Below are positions 33,313 to 43,342 of a DNA stretch of 43,550 nt, piece by piece; position 1 is the stretch's first letter, and every line of letters begins with the position of its first letter. Origin of the DNA: Gemmatimonadota bacterium (lineage in GTDB: Bacteria; Gemmatimonadota; Gemmatimonadetes; Gemmatimonadales; GWC2-71-9). The notes beneath the pieces are model-generated. The model did not search any database, had not been told where the DNA came from, and saw nothing but the letters and a program-made list of their open reading frames with translations. The stretch lies in assembly GCA_003220985.1 (NCBI GenBank), contig QHTY01000150.1:1-43550 (forward strand), written 5' to 3'. A program made the translations under genes and the position numbers.

Positions 33313-35101
33313 GAATCGCGTATCTCCTGTCGCTGGCGTTGATCGCGGGCTGCCAATCTCAGGCGCACCGCCTCCTCCTGGTCGATCTGACACTCGCTGA
33401 CCCGGTGACGCTGGACGCGACGGTGGCGCCCTGGCATGCCGCCGGCTATCGCGTGGAGTACCGCCGCTTCTATCCCCATCTCACCCGTGCAGATCTGGGT
33501 CGTTACCGCACGCTCATACTCCTCGGCGGGCGGGAGCCCGGAGCCCGCTCCGACGCATTGACGACTGGCGACCTGGCGATTCTGGCCGAATGGATCCGCC
33601 GCGACGGTGTCGTCGTCTTCGGCTACACCGACGGTGAACTGGATCGGTGGGTCATGAACCGGTGGCTGGCCGCACAGGGCGCCGGCATCGCGATCGGCGA
33701 GGATCCGCGCGCGGTGCAGATCTCGGCGACGCCCCTGCCGCATTCGGCGCTCGACAACGCCGGCTTCGCGCCATTCCCGGCCGGCCGCAACCGCCCACTC
33801 GTGCTCCACGACCGCAGCCAGACGCTGGCGCGCGCGCCGAACGCCGCGGTGGTGGCTGCAAGCCGCGCCCGTGACGGACTGATTGTCATCGCGAGCCGCA
33901 GCTTGCTTGCCTCCGCCGATACCAGTGCCGCGACGCGCGCCTTCCTCGTGGCGCTCGCCCGCTGGACACGGCGACCGGCAGAGTGGGCGAGCGTCGGGGC
34001 GGCGACACATGCCAGTTCGCTTCAGCTCCCGAACCCGCCACAGCCGGTCGCGGTGCGCCCCCCGAGCCTGGCACCCCCCGTGGGAGCTGAGGCCATCGCG
34101 CTGCCGGAACCGCCCAACCCCAACCGAGCGGGCGACAACGTCTCGGTCCCCGGCTGGGTCACGCGGCAGGGGATGCGCGTGTTGTGGAGCCGATTCACGC
34201 TCTGGTCACTCGATTCGCTGTTGCGGTTTGTCGACGTCGCCGCGTTGAACGCGCTCGCGACGACGATCCCACAAGCCGCCCTCACCGATACGACCAGCAC
34301 TCGCAATCTCTGGAAGATTACGGGGGAACGGCTGCAGGCGACGAGTATCCGCTGGTTTCCGGCTGCCGTGCTCTCGGCGATCTCCTCGGACGGAGCGGAC
34401 GAAGTCGACCGGCACGGGGCGCTGACACGGATTCCCTGTGGGCTCGACTCAGTGTACTGGCGCAATGGCTTGCGCCCGACGTATCGCGTGCTCGCGCGGT
34501 TGGGGGCGGGCGCTATCAAGCCCGACGTGATCACGGGCGTCGGACTGGACCTCGGATGGCGTTGTTCCGCGGCAGCGGCTTCTGCGATGCCGATTATCAC
34601 ATTGGGTTGGCGGCGCTGGGTCTGGAGCGTGCCGAGATCGAGCGCCTCGCCGCGCTGCCGCCGGCGGTGCGCTACGACACCTTGCTCGAGCGCGGTTGGT
34701 TGAGCCGCTATTTCCAGGGGCTCGAGGACGCGGTCGCCGGGCGCGCGTCGGTGCTGCGCGGTGAGCTGCGGCGCCTGCGTCCTGATGTCCGATTTGCGTT
34801 TCACACCAGCGATGCGCCCACCGACTGGTTCTCGCTCGGCTTGCTGCGCGGGTTCTCGAGCCCCGACGCGCCGATTTTCCTCTGGCTGCGTGAGGACACG
34901 CGGCCGACGTTGGCACGCCGCTATCGAGTGCGCGATGTGTTCGCGCTCTCCGCCATCGGCCTCGAGCCCGTGCGCGCGACATTCGCGCCAGCCGAATTGT
35001 CGCGGTTGCGATTCGCCGCGTTCACCGAGCATGCAGGGTTCTGGCTCGACGGCGCCGCGACCGACAGTTTGGGTCGCGTGATCAGGCGCTTCGCGAAGTA
35101 A
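33309..35101 (+). pseudogene. uncharacterised lipoprotein, frame broken near 34551-34560 (or two overlapping genes)
   Basis: The GTG start overlaps the upstream stop (GTGA). Lipobox LSLALIAGCQ. Frame A reads sensibly to ...KPDVITGVGLDLG, then becomes R/C/S-rich up to 34703. Frame B from 34556 (MALFRGSGFCDADYHIGLAALGLERAEIERL...) has clearly higher third-position GC (about 43/50 versus 33/48 by hand count) and runs to 35101. Confidence 0.55.
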
Positions 35102-35104
35102 GAC

Positions 35105-35134
35105 TTGCCGGGCGGCCCAGGTGGCCGGTAACTT
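35105..35134 (+). promoter_or_regulatory. possible rnpB promoter (TTGCCG-N18-TAACTT)
   Basis: TTGCCG at 35105-35110 and GGTAACTT at 35127-35134, about 9 nt before the predicted mature 5' end. The same GGTAACTT element and spacing occur upstream of rpmH. Confidence 0.35.
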
Positions 35135-35142
35135 CCCAGCCT

Positions 35143-35516
35143 GGAAGTGGTGGGGCCGATGGTCGCGGGTGGCCGGCAGCAGGGGCCATTCGAGGAAGTC
35201 CGAGCTCCACAGGGCAGACCGCCAGGTAACGCCTGGGCGCCGTGAGGCGACGGAACAGGGCCACAGAGAACAGACCGCCCTTGTATCCAAAGGGTAAGGG
35301 TGAAACGGTGGGGTAAGAGCCCACCGCGCGTCTGGCAACAGGCGCGGCACGGCAACCCCCGGTCGGAGCAAGGCCAAATAAGCAGCGAGACCCGGCCCGG
35401 GTCGTTCGAGCTGCGGGTAGGCCGCACGAGGTGGCTGGCGACAGCCATCCCAGAGAGATGACCATCTGCTCGTACCAACGAGTAAACAGAACTCGGCTTA
35501 TGGTCTCACCACTTCC
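35143..35516 (+). ncRNA. rnpB: RNase P RNA, bacterial type A
   Basis: Universally conserved blocks are present: GAGGAAGTCCGAGCTCCACAGGGCA (35192-35216, P4 5' strand), GGGTAAGGGTGAAACGGTGGGGTAAGAGCCCACC, and ACAGAACTCGGCTTAT (35486-35501, P4 3' strand). P1 pairs GGAAGTGGTGGGGCC (5') with GGTCTCACCACTTCC (3'). The ends are approximate, within a few nt. Confidence 0.9.
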
Positions 35517-35522
35517 TCTCCT

Positions 35523-35738
35523 GTGAGCACCACGCCCCACAAGCCTCCGTCCACGCCCTATCCTCCGCACTGGGAGAATGTCGCGGATTTACGCGTCTTT
35601 CGAACGACCGCTGCAGAATGGGAGAAGCTCATCAGCTGGCGCAACGACATGCGGAAGCGGGGGTGGAAACTCCTCAAGGTCATAAGCGAGGAGACTGAGG
35701 TAGTGGCCATCTTCGGACGTACCAAGACCAAGGAATAG
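35523..35738 (+). CDS. small hypothetical protein (71 aa)
   Basis: GTG 35523, high GC3. Sequence ...WEKLISWRNDMRKRGWKLLKVISEETEVVAIFGRTKTKE. The GW.L..V....vvaiF.R tail is faintly reminiscent of DUF4177 (memory-based, tentative). It ends 3 nt before the next ATG. Confidence 0.45.
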   Translation: MSTTPHKPPSTPYPPHWENVADLRVFRTTAAEWEKLISWRNDMRKRGWKLLKVISEETEVVAIFGRTKTKE

Positions 35739-35741
35739 CGG

Positions 35742-36620
35742 ATGCGTCGCCTCCTGTTCGTAGCAGCCGCACTCAGTGCGCTCAGCTGCAGCCCAAAACC
35801 CTTTCCGGCCAATCCGACACCAGCCAATCCCGTGCTCGCACCACCCCCACCGCTCCCTCCAGGCCCGCCGGGCCGCGCGGATGCGGCAATCCGTTTGGGG
35901 CCGAGCGCACTGCGGTACGTGATGCACCAGATCATCCACATCGACCAGGAATTCCAGGGTATCCGCCAGCCGCTCGATTTCGGGCTGCGCGCGTTCTTCG
36001 CCGTCACGATCATCGGACCTGCCGATACGAGTGGGTATCCGACGACGATCACGATCGATTCGATCGTCGCCGACTCGGGCACGACGGCGCCAATGGGCAT
36101 CAACCTCGGCGCCGCAAAGGCGCTCTCGTTCGCCGGCCGGCTGACGCCGAAGGGTGAGTTCCGCAACCAGAAGGCATCCGACAGCACGGCGGCCCAATCC
36201 CTGGCTCCCGTGGTCGGCTCGTTCAAGAACTTCTTCCCGCGGCTCCCCTCCACCGGCCTTACACTCGGCGCGACGTGGGCTGACACGGTGACCGAGAACG
36301 ATCGGGCCGCGGGCAGCGTGACCGTTACGAGCATCAACCGCTCACATGCGGTAGCATGGGAGGATCGGATGGCGACGCGGGCACTGCGCGTGGACGTCTT
36401 GTCCGACTTCACGGTCAAGGGGACCGGGCAACAGGCCGGCCAGCCGTTCGAGGTCGCGGGCACCGGCGTCCGCAGCGGCACTGATTTCGTTGCCGTGGAT
36501 GGCCGCTATCTCGGCGGCGAGTCCCGCGATTCGACGTCGATGACGATCACGCTGCCGATTCAGGCGATGACGATTCCACGCACGCAAGTGTCGAAGACTA
36601 CGGTGACGGTATTGCCTTGA
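35742..36620 (+). CDS. hypothetical lipoprotein with Pro-rich linker
   Basis: MRRLLFVAAALSALSCSPKPFPANPTPANPVLAPPPPLPPGPPG is a lipobox followed by a linker. The rest is a beta-rich domain with no recognised family. Confidence 0.7.
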   Translation: MRRLLFVAAALSALSCSPKPFPANPTPANPVLAPPPPLPPGPPGRADAAIRLGPSALRYVMHQIIHIDQEFQGIRQPLDFGLRAFFAVTIIGPADTSGYPTTITIDSIVADSGTTAPMGINLGAAKALSFAGRLTPKGEFRNQKASDSTAAQSLAPVVGSFKNFFPRLPSTGLTLGATWADTVTENDRAAGSVTVTSINRSHAVAWEDRMATRALRVDVLSDFTVKGTGQQAGQPFEVAGTGVRSGTDFVAVDGRYLGGESRDSTSMTITLPIQAMTIPRTQVSKTTVTVLP

Positions 36621-37467
36621 CGGCCGGTCGGCCTGGCGGCCGGACGGCCGGACTCGCAGCACTCGCGCTCTTGGCCCTCGGGCCGTCGCGCAATCCGGCC
36701 GCCGCTCAACAGGTCGCTCCCAACCGCGCCGCCGCGTATCTCTTTCCGACGAACGTCCAGGATGCCCGGGCCATCTGGGTGAATCCCGCGAGGCTGGGCG
36801 TGCAGCGCGACGCCTCGATCTACGCGGAAGTGGCCGTCGGCGATCCGGGAGCCAAAGGACGAGTGCGGCAGATCAATGCCGGGTTCAACTCGCGCGGCCT
36901 GTCCTTCGCGTACCAGCGTGATATCCTCGACAATGGCGTGCGCGGGGGTACCTACCGGCTCGGTCTGGCGGGAGGGTCCGGCGGCCTCGCAGCCGGCTTC
37001 GACATCGCGCGCTACGAGGGCGGCGGCACCCACGCGACGGGGTGGGATCTCGGCACCTCCTACGTCGCGCTTCCGAGCCTCACCGTCGCGCTCGTGGCGA
37101 CGAATCTCGGCCAGCCGATCGTGCGCGGTTTGCGGCAGCGGCTGACGTTCGTTCCCGGTTTCACCTGGCAGCTGCCGCCCCTCCCCACGTTGGGACTCTC
37201 GGCGGACGCACGGATCACCCCCGACTCGGTGGCGTCGTACGCGTTTGGGGCGAGCTGGCGCGCGGCAACAGCCTCGCGCTGGCCCATGGAGATCATCGTG
37301 CGACTCGACACCGACGGCGGCTTCAGACGCGGCGCCTTCGTGTTCGGATTCTCGATTGGCGGGTTGGATCGCGGCGGACTCATCGGCACCACACCCGGAG
37401 ACGTCTCCCGGATCGACGAGTTGAGCCTGTACGGCTTGTCAACGCGCGAACCCGGGACCGGTCGTCC

Positions 37468-37471
<4 letters not shown>
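36617..37471 (+). CDS. secreted protein, candidate outer-membrane beta-barrel (tentative PorP/SprF-like N-terminal motif)
   Basis: The TTG start overlaps the previous stop (TTGA). Signal peptide GLAALALLALGPSRNPAAAQQ. AAYLFPTNVQDARAIWVNPARLG resembles the Y.F...NPA..G opening of PorP/SprF-type barrels. Alternating hydrophobic strands run throughout, and the size is about 284 aa. Confidence 0.5.
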
Positions 37472-38950
<1,479 letters not shown>

Positions 38951-38952
<2 letters not shown>

Positions 38953-39757
38953 GGCGGTGCAAAAAGCTAGAATTGCGGGACGCGTTCTGCTAGGGACGAG
39001 CGCGCTGTTTGTCGCATGGTTACTCGCGGTCTGGCCACCACCGATGTGGTGGCGCGATCACGAACCACGCTGCACGGCGATGATGCGGCTGCGCGACAAT
39101 TGCGCGATGAGCCGGCGGACCAACGCTCGGCCGAGCCGTCATGCGACCACGCATCTGCTCGAGCGCATGGTTATCATCGCCGAGGACTCACGATTCAAAA
39201 CGCATCACGGCGTTGATTTCGTGGAGCTCCGCGATGCGTGGGTGGCGGGGGGCCACCGCGGCGCGAGCACGATTACGCAACAGCTGGCCAAGAATCTCTA
39301 CCTGTCGCCGTCGCGCTCGTTGTTGCGCAAGCTCAAAGAAGCGGTGACGGCCATCCGGCTCGAGCTCGCGTTGAGCAAAGACCGCATCATGGAGATGTAC
39401 CTCGATGTGGCCGAGTTCGGGCCGGGCATCTGGGGAGTGAACGCCGCGAGTCAAGCCTACTTCGGTGTGACGCCGGACCAACTCACCGACGCGCAGGCCG
39501 CGGCGCTTGTGGCGACCTTGCCGCAGCCACGGACATCCAATCCGGCGTTTCGGCCGGCGCGTATGCTCGCGCGCCGCGATCTGATTCTCGCGCGCTATTA
39601 CGGAGGGACGACCCCAGTCCCGCCCGCCTTGGAGGACTCGATCCCCGAGATCGCACCGATCGAGCCTCCCGTACTCCCGGTGATTCCGATCGATTCGTTG
39701 GTGCCTGTCGATTCGCTGGTGGATTCGCTGCCGGACTCGCTAATCCACAAGCCGTAG
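38951..39757 (+). CDS. mtgA: monofunctional biosynthetic peptidoglycan transglycosylase
   Basis: IIAEDSRFKTHHGVD, GASTITQQLAKNLYLSP, RKLKEAVTAIRLE, RIMEMYLDVAEFG. An N-terminal TM is present, and the DSL-rich C-terminal tail is low-complexity. Start is ATG 38951 (or GTG 38957). Confidence 0.9.
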
Positions 39758-40852
39758 TGGCATCACGAGGGCCATGTAGGACGCGGGATCGTTCCAGCCC
39801 ACGGGCTCGATGGTTGCGGCGCGCTCCGGAGCCTTGAACGTGAAGCGCACTTCGTCCGTCGGCATGTACTTGAGGATCTCGAGCAGATACATCGCGTTGA
39901 AGCCGATCTCGAGCGGCTCGCCTTCGTAGGTGACCGCGAGCTCATCCTGGGCCTCGCCGAGGTCGGGCGTCTGCACCGAGAACTTGACGTTGCCGCCGGA
40001 GAAGGCGAGCCGGATGCGATGCGTCTGATCGCTCGCCACGACGCTCATGCGGCGCAGCGCCGCCGCCATGGCCGCCTTGTCGACCGTCGCCTGCTTGTCG
40101 TTCTCGCGCGGGATCACCTGCTCGTAATTCGGATACGGTCCTTCGATCAGGCGGGAGAACACCAGGGTGCCGCCGGCGCGGAAGCCGATGTGGTTGTCGC
40201 TCTTGGCCAGGTCGATCTCGGCGTCGCCCGCGTACAGCCGGCGAATCTGCTCCAACGCCTTGGGCGGAACGATGAGATCCGCTGTGGATCCCCCCGTCGC
40301 CGGAACGTCCATCTTGGCCAGGCGGTGCCCATTGGTTGCCACCATCCGCATGCGGTCGGGCCGCAGCTCCCACAGCACGCCGTTCAGGATCGGCCGGCTC
40401 TCTTCGGTCGACGCAGCGAAGGCAACGTGACCTACGAGCTTGTGGACCACGCCGGCCGCTGCTTTCCAAGCCTTCTCGAACTTGACGGCAGGGAAGGAGG
40501 GAAACTCTTCGCGCGGCAGGCCGAGGAGCTTGAACTTGGAGCGGCCTGACTCGATCGACACACGTGCTTCGCCCGCCGCGGTCACGCGGACCGGTCCCGC
40601 AGGCAGCTCCCGCGCAATATCGATAAGCTTCTTCGCCGGTAAGGTGACGGCGCCGTCCGCGTCCACTTCGGCGGGAACGGTCGTGCTCACGGCGATGTCG
40701 AGATCGGTTCCGGAGAGCCGCAGGCCGCCGCCCGCCTTGGATGCCTCGACAAGCACGTTGGCAAGCACCGGCAGGGTCGTTTTGGCGGGAACGGCTGCCG
40801 CGACCGCCGCCAGGCCTTCCTGTAGCTGCTCCCGCGTGATGGTGAACTTCAT
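39740..40852 (-). CDS. dnaN: DNA polymerase III subunit beta (sliding clamp)
   Basis: MKFTITREQLQEGLAAVAAAVPAKTTLPVLANVLVEA...PLRL end motif. Start chosen at ATG 40852 (canonical MKFTI). The track TTG at 40873 adds 7 residues. Confidence 0.95.
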   Translation of the reverse strand: MKFTITREQLQEGLAAVAAAVPAKTTLPVLANVLVEASKAGGGLRLSGTDLDIAVSTTVPAEVDADGAVTLPAKKLIDIARELPAGPVRVTAAGEARVSIESGRSKFKLLGLPREEFPSFPAVKFEKAWKAAAGVVHKLVGHVAFAASTEESRPILNGVLWELRPDRMRMVATNGHRLAKMDVPATGGSTADLIVPPKALEQIRRLYAGDAEIDLAKSDNHIGFRAGGTLVFSRLIEGPYPNYEQVIPRENDKQATVDKAAMAAALRRMSVVASDQTHRIRLAFSGGNVKFSVQTPDLGEAQDELAVTYEGEPLEIGFNAMYLLEILKYMPTDEVRFTFKAPERAATIEPVGWNDPASYMALVMPLRLVD

Positions 40853-40873
40853 GCTTGGGCGCTTCGTCTCCAA

Positions 40874-41094
40874 AATGAGGAAAGTCTTTACTACGTCTTC
40901 TCTATATAGAAATACTAGTAGTAGTAGTAGACCTCGGGGATATGTGGGTGATATCGCTAAAGCGCAACCACTGAATCACCTGTCGTCCATCACACGATGT
41001 TCGTGCACTGTTGGGACTGTTGGCGCTTTGCGGATAGCTGGAGTGGTTTCCCCAGTTCCAACATCCCACACCCTTTTCCCACGCCAGTTGTTGG
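40874..41094. other. candidate oriC (dnaA-dnaN intergenic spacer with AT-rich unwinding-element-like tract and degenerate DnaA boxes)
   Basis: The 40874-40935 tract is strikingly AT-rich for this genome (...aaatgaggaaagtctttactacgtcttctctatatagaaatactagtagtagtagtag). DnaA-box-like 9-mers are TGTGGGTGA (40943-40951, 7/9), TGCGGATAG (41029-41037, 7/9) and TTTCCCACG (41075-41083, 6/9). No perfect TTATCCACA is present. Confidence 0.5.
40916..40930. repeat. (TAG)5 trinucleotide microsatellite
   Basis: tagtagtagtagtag read directly at 40916-40930, inside the AT-rich part of the dnaA-dnaN spacer. Confidence 0.95.
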
Positions 41095-42486
41095 TTACAG
41101 TGCGGACAATTCCTGGCGCGCCATCTCGACGCGTTCCTTGAATGTCCGGTCGCGCATCATCTGCCGCTCGACCTTATCCACGCTGTGGATCACTGTGGAG
41201 TGGTCGCGGCCACCGAACGCCTGTCCAATCTCGACCAGCTGCATCCCCAGCATGTCGCGCGCGAGGTACATCGCCACCTGGCGCGGGATCGTGAGCGTCT
41301 TGGTCCGCGCCTTGGACCGCAGGCCCTCCGGCGTCACCCCCCAGCGGCGCGCCACGACCTCCTGGACCCGATCGATGCTCGGCGCCGACCCGCTCGTGCC
41401 GTCGTATCCCGCCCCGTCTTCGCCCTGGCGGATCTTGTCCGAGAGCGCCTCGCGGGCCAACTCGATCGTGACCTCACGATTCTTGAGCGAGGCGAACAGC
41501 AGCAGCTTGATGATGCAGCCTTCCAGCTCGCGCACACTCGAGCGGATGTGCTCCGCGATGAAGCGCAGCACGTCGTCCGGAATGGTCAGCTCGAGGTGAT
41601 CCTGCTCCGCCTTTTTCCGGAGAATGGCGATGCGATGTTCGAGATCGGGGTGCCCGATGTCGGCGACCATCCCCCACTCGAAGCGGGAGATGAGCCGGTC
41701 TTCCAGGCCGGGGATTTCCTTCGGCGGCCGGTCGGAGGTGAGCACGATCTGCTTGTGCGCCTCGAACAGCGCATTGAAGGTGTGGAAGAACTCCTCCTGC
41801 GTCATTTCCTTGCCTTCGAGGAAATGCACGTCGTCCACGAGCAGGAGGTCTACGTCGTTCCGATAGCGCCGCCGGAATTCCGACATCGTGCGCGCGTGAA
41901 TCGATTCGATCACGTCGTTGATGAATTGCTCGGCGCCGAAATACTGTAGCCGGGTCTCGGGATTCTTCTCGAGCACGGCGTGCGCGATGGCCTGCATCAG
42001 GTGCGTCTTGCCGAGTCCGGTCGCGCCGTAGATGAACAGCGGGTTGTACGTCTTCCCCGGCGCTTCCGCGACGGCGTGCGCGGCGGCCGCGGCGAGCTCG
42101 TTCGATTTGCCGATGACGAACGTCTGGAACGTGTAGCGTTCGTTGAGCGGCGTCGTCGCGACCGGAGAGACCGTTGCGACCCCTGAGCTCTCGCGCGGCG
42201 CGACGAAGAAATCCATCTGCGGGCGCCGCTGCCGATCCTCCTGCACGCGGAACACGACCGTCGTCGGCCGGCCCAGCACCCGCTCGGCGGCGCGCGCCAG
42301 AAACGCCGCGTGCTTCGATTCATTCCATTCCGCGGCGAACTGATCCGGCGCGCCGAGTATCAGACGGCCGTCGTCCAGTGCGATTGGCTCGGATGGCTCG
42401 AGCCATGTCCGCACCGTCGCCTCGGGAAGTTCACGTCGAGCTTCGTCGAGGAGGCGCTTCCAAGCTTCGTTTACCGATTGCTCCAT
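41095..42486 (-). CDS. dnaA: chromosomal replication initiator protein DnaA
   Basis: Walker A GATGLGKTHLMQAI, LLVDDVHFLEGKE (Walker B), sensor/box VII VLTSDRPPKEI and the C-terminal DNA-binding helix GGRDHSTVIHSVDKV. Start chosen at ATG 42486 (MEQSVNEAWKRLL). The track start at 42579 would consume the promoter region. Confidence 0.95.
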   Translation of the reverse strand: MEQSVNEAWKRLLDEARRELPEATVRTWLEPSEPIALDDGRLILGAPDQFAAEWNESKHAAFLARAAERVLGRPTTVVFRVQEDRQRRPQMDFFVAPRESSGVATVSPVATTPLNERYTFQTFVIGKSNELAAAAAHAVAEAPGKTYNPLFIYGATGLGKTHLMQAIAHAVLEKNPETRLQYFGAEQFINDVIESIHARTMSEFRRRYRNDVDLLLVDDVHFLEGKEMTQEEFFHTFNALFEAHKQIVLTSDRPPKEIPGLEDRLISRFEWGMVADIGHPDLEHRIAILRKKAEQDHLELTIPDDVLRFIAEHIRSSVRELEGCIIKLLLFASLKNREVTIELAREALSDKIRQGEDGAGYDGTSGSAPSIDRVQEVVARRWGVTPEGLRSKARTKTLTIPRQVAMYLARDMLGMQLVEIGQAFGGRDHSTVIHSVDKVERQMMRDRTFKERVEMARQELSAL

Positions 42487-42532
42487 TACGATTTTTTCAG
42501 ATTTTGGAAGGACGTCCAGCAAGGGCGGCCCG

Positions 42533-42561
42533 AAAGTACGAGCCGCATGTGGAAAAGTCAA
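42533..42561 (-). promoter_or_regulatory. possible dnaA promoter (TTGACT-N17-TACTTT) with a DnaA box in the spacer
   Basis: The minus strand reads TTGACTTTTCCACATGCGGCTCGTACTTT. The -35 is at 42561..42556 and the -10 at 42538..42533. TTTTCCACA (plus-strand tgtggaaaa, 42548-42556) matches the DnaA box TTATCCACA at 8/9. Confidence 0.45.
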
Positions 42562-42563
42562 CC

Positions 42564-42593
42564 TTGACCAGCGCGTCACGAGCCGGGTAACTT
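42564..42593 (+). promoter_or_regulatory. possible rpmH-rnpA operon promoter (TTGACC-N18-TAACTT)
   Basis: TTGACC at 42564-42569 and GGTAACTT at 42586-42593, followed by the GAGGAAA RBS and ATG 42618. Its -35 is back-to-back with the dnaA -35 (AGTCAAccTTGAC palindrome). Confidence 0.4.
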
Positions 42594-42617
42594 TCCCCGC
42601 CTTACTCGAGGAAATTT

Positions 42618-42779
42618 ATGGGTCCGACATATCGGCCGCGCAATCGGCGGCGCATCAATAAGCATGGATTTCGCGCACGGATGAAAACTGTTTGGGGCCG
42701 CGCCACCCTGTCTCGCCGGCGCAAGAAGGGTCGCAAGCGCCTCACCGTTCGTTCTCCATCCAAACACCGGAGCCGGTAA
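42618..42779 (+). CDS. rpmH: 50S ribosomal protein L34
   Basis: Not in the ORF track because it is under 60 aa: [53 protein letters not shown]. The core HGFR.RM....[13 protein letters not shown] is canonical. Confidence 0.9.
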   Translation: MGPTYRPRNRRRINKHGFRARMKTVWGRATLSRRRKKGRKRLTVRSPSKHRSR

Positions 42780-42803
42780 ACGCGCGAGCGGTATCCGCGC
42801 CGC

Positions 42804-43118
42804 GTGCGGATCACGCGCGGCTCGGAGCTCACCGCCTGCTGGGACGCAGGTCGCCGCAGGCGCACGCCGCATCTCGATCTCGCCTGGCGTCACAGCAGTT
42901 TGGGTCACGCGCGTCTCGGACTCATCGTGCCGCGTCATCAGTCATCGGCCGCCCGGCGCAATCGCCTGCGCCGACGGCTGCGCGAAATCTTGCGGCGCGA
43001 CGTTCTGCGTAAGCTGCAGTCGGTCGATCTCGTGATTCGTGCGAAGCGCTCTGCCTACACCGCCTCCGTTGCAGTGCTTCGCGCCGAATTGACGGGCGTG
43101 GTGGAGACGCTGACGTGA
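42804..43118 (+). CDS. rnpA: ribonuclease P protein component
   Basis: The position after rpmH and before yidD fits. The basic RNR motif region is [31 protein letters not shown] start. Confidence 0.85.
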   Translation: MRITRGSELTACWDAGRRRRTPHLDLAWRHSSLGHARLGLIVPRHQSSAARRNRLRRRLREILRRDVLRKLQSVDLVIRAKRSAYTASVAVLRAELTGVVETLT

Positions 43119-43342
43119 CGCTGCAACGATTGCCGCGCGTGATCGTAATGGCTCTCATCCGTGGCTACCAGCTCACGCTGTCGCATCTCGTGTTCACGCA
43201 GTGTCGTTTCGAGCCGTCGTGCTCGCGCTACACCTACGAAGCCGTTGCCCGCTATGGCGCCCTCAAAGGCTCGTGGCTCGGCATCCGCCGGATTCTCAAG
43301 TGCCATCCGTTCCACGCCGGCGGGTATGATCCCGTTCCGTAA
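43115..43342 (+). CDS. yidD: membrane protein insertion efficiency factor YidD
   Basis: [62 protein letters not shown]. The GTG start overlaps the rnpA stop. Confidence 0.92.
   Translation: MTLQRLPRVIVMALIRGYQLTLSHLVFTQCRFEPSCSRYTYEAVARYGALKGSWLGIRRILKCHPFHAGGYDPVP

Noticed and set aside
34022-35570. Minus-strand ORFs 34022..35377, 34921..35478 and 35082..35570
   Set aside because: They overlap the RNase P RNA gene and the plus-strand lipoprotein gene. The conserved rnpB sequence blocks explain this region.
39600-39757. Repetitive DSL/PV-rich 3' end of mtgA (IDSLVPVDSLVDSLPDSL) as a separate repeat element
   Set aside because: It is in frame and continuous with mtgA. It is best explained as a low-complexity C-terminal tail. 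It also overlaps the convergent dnaN 3' end by only 18 nt.
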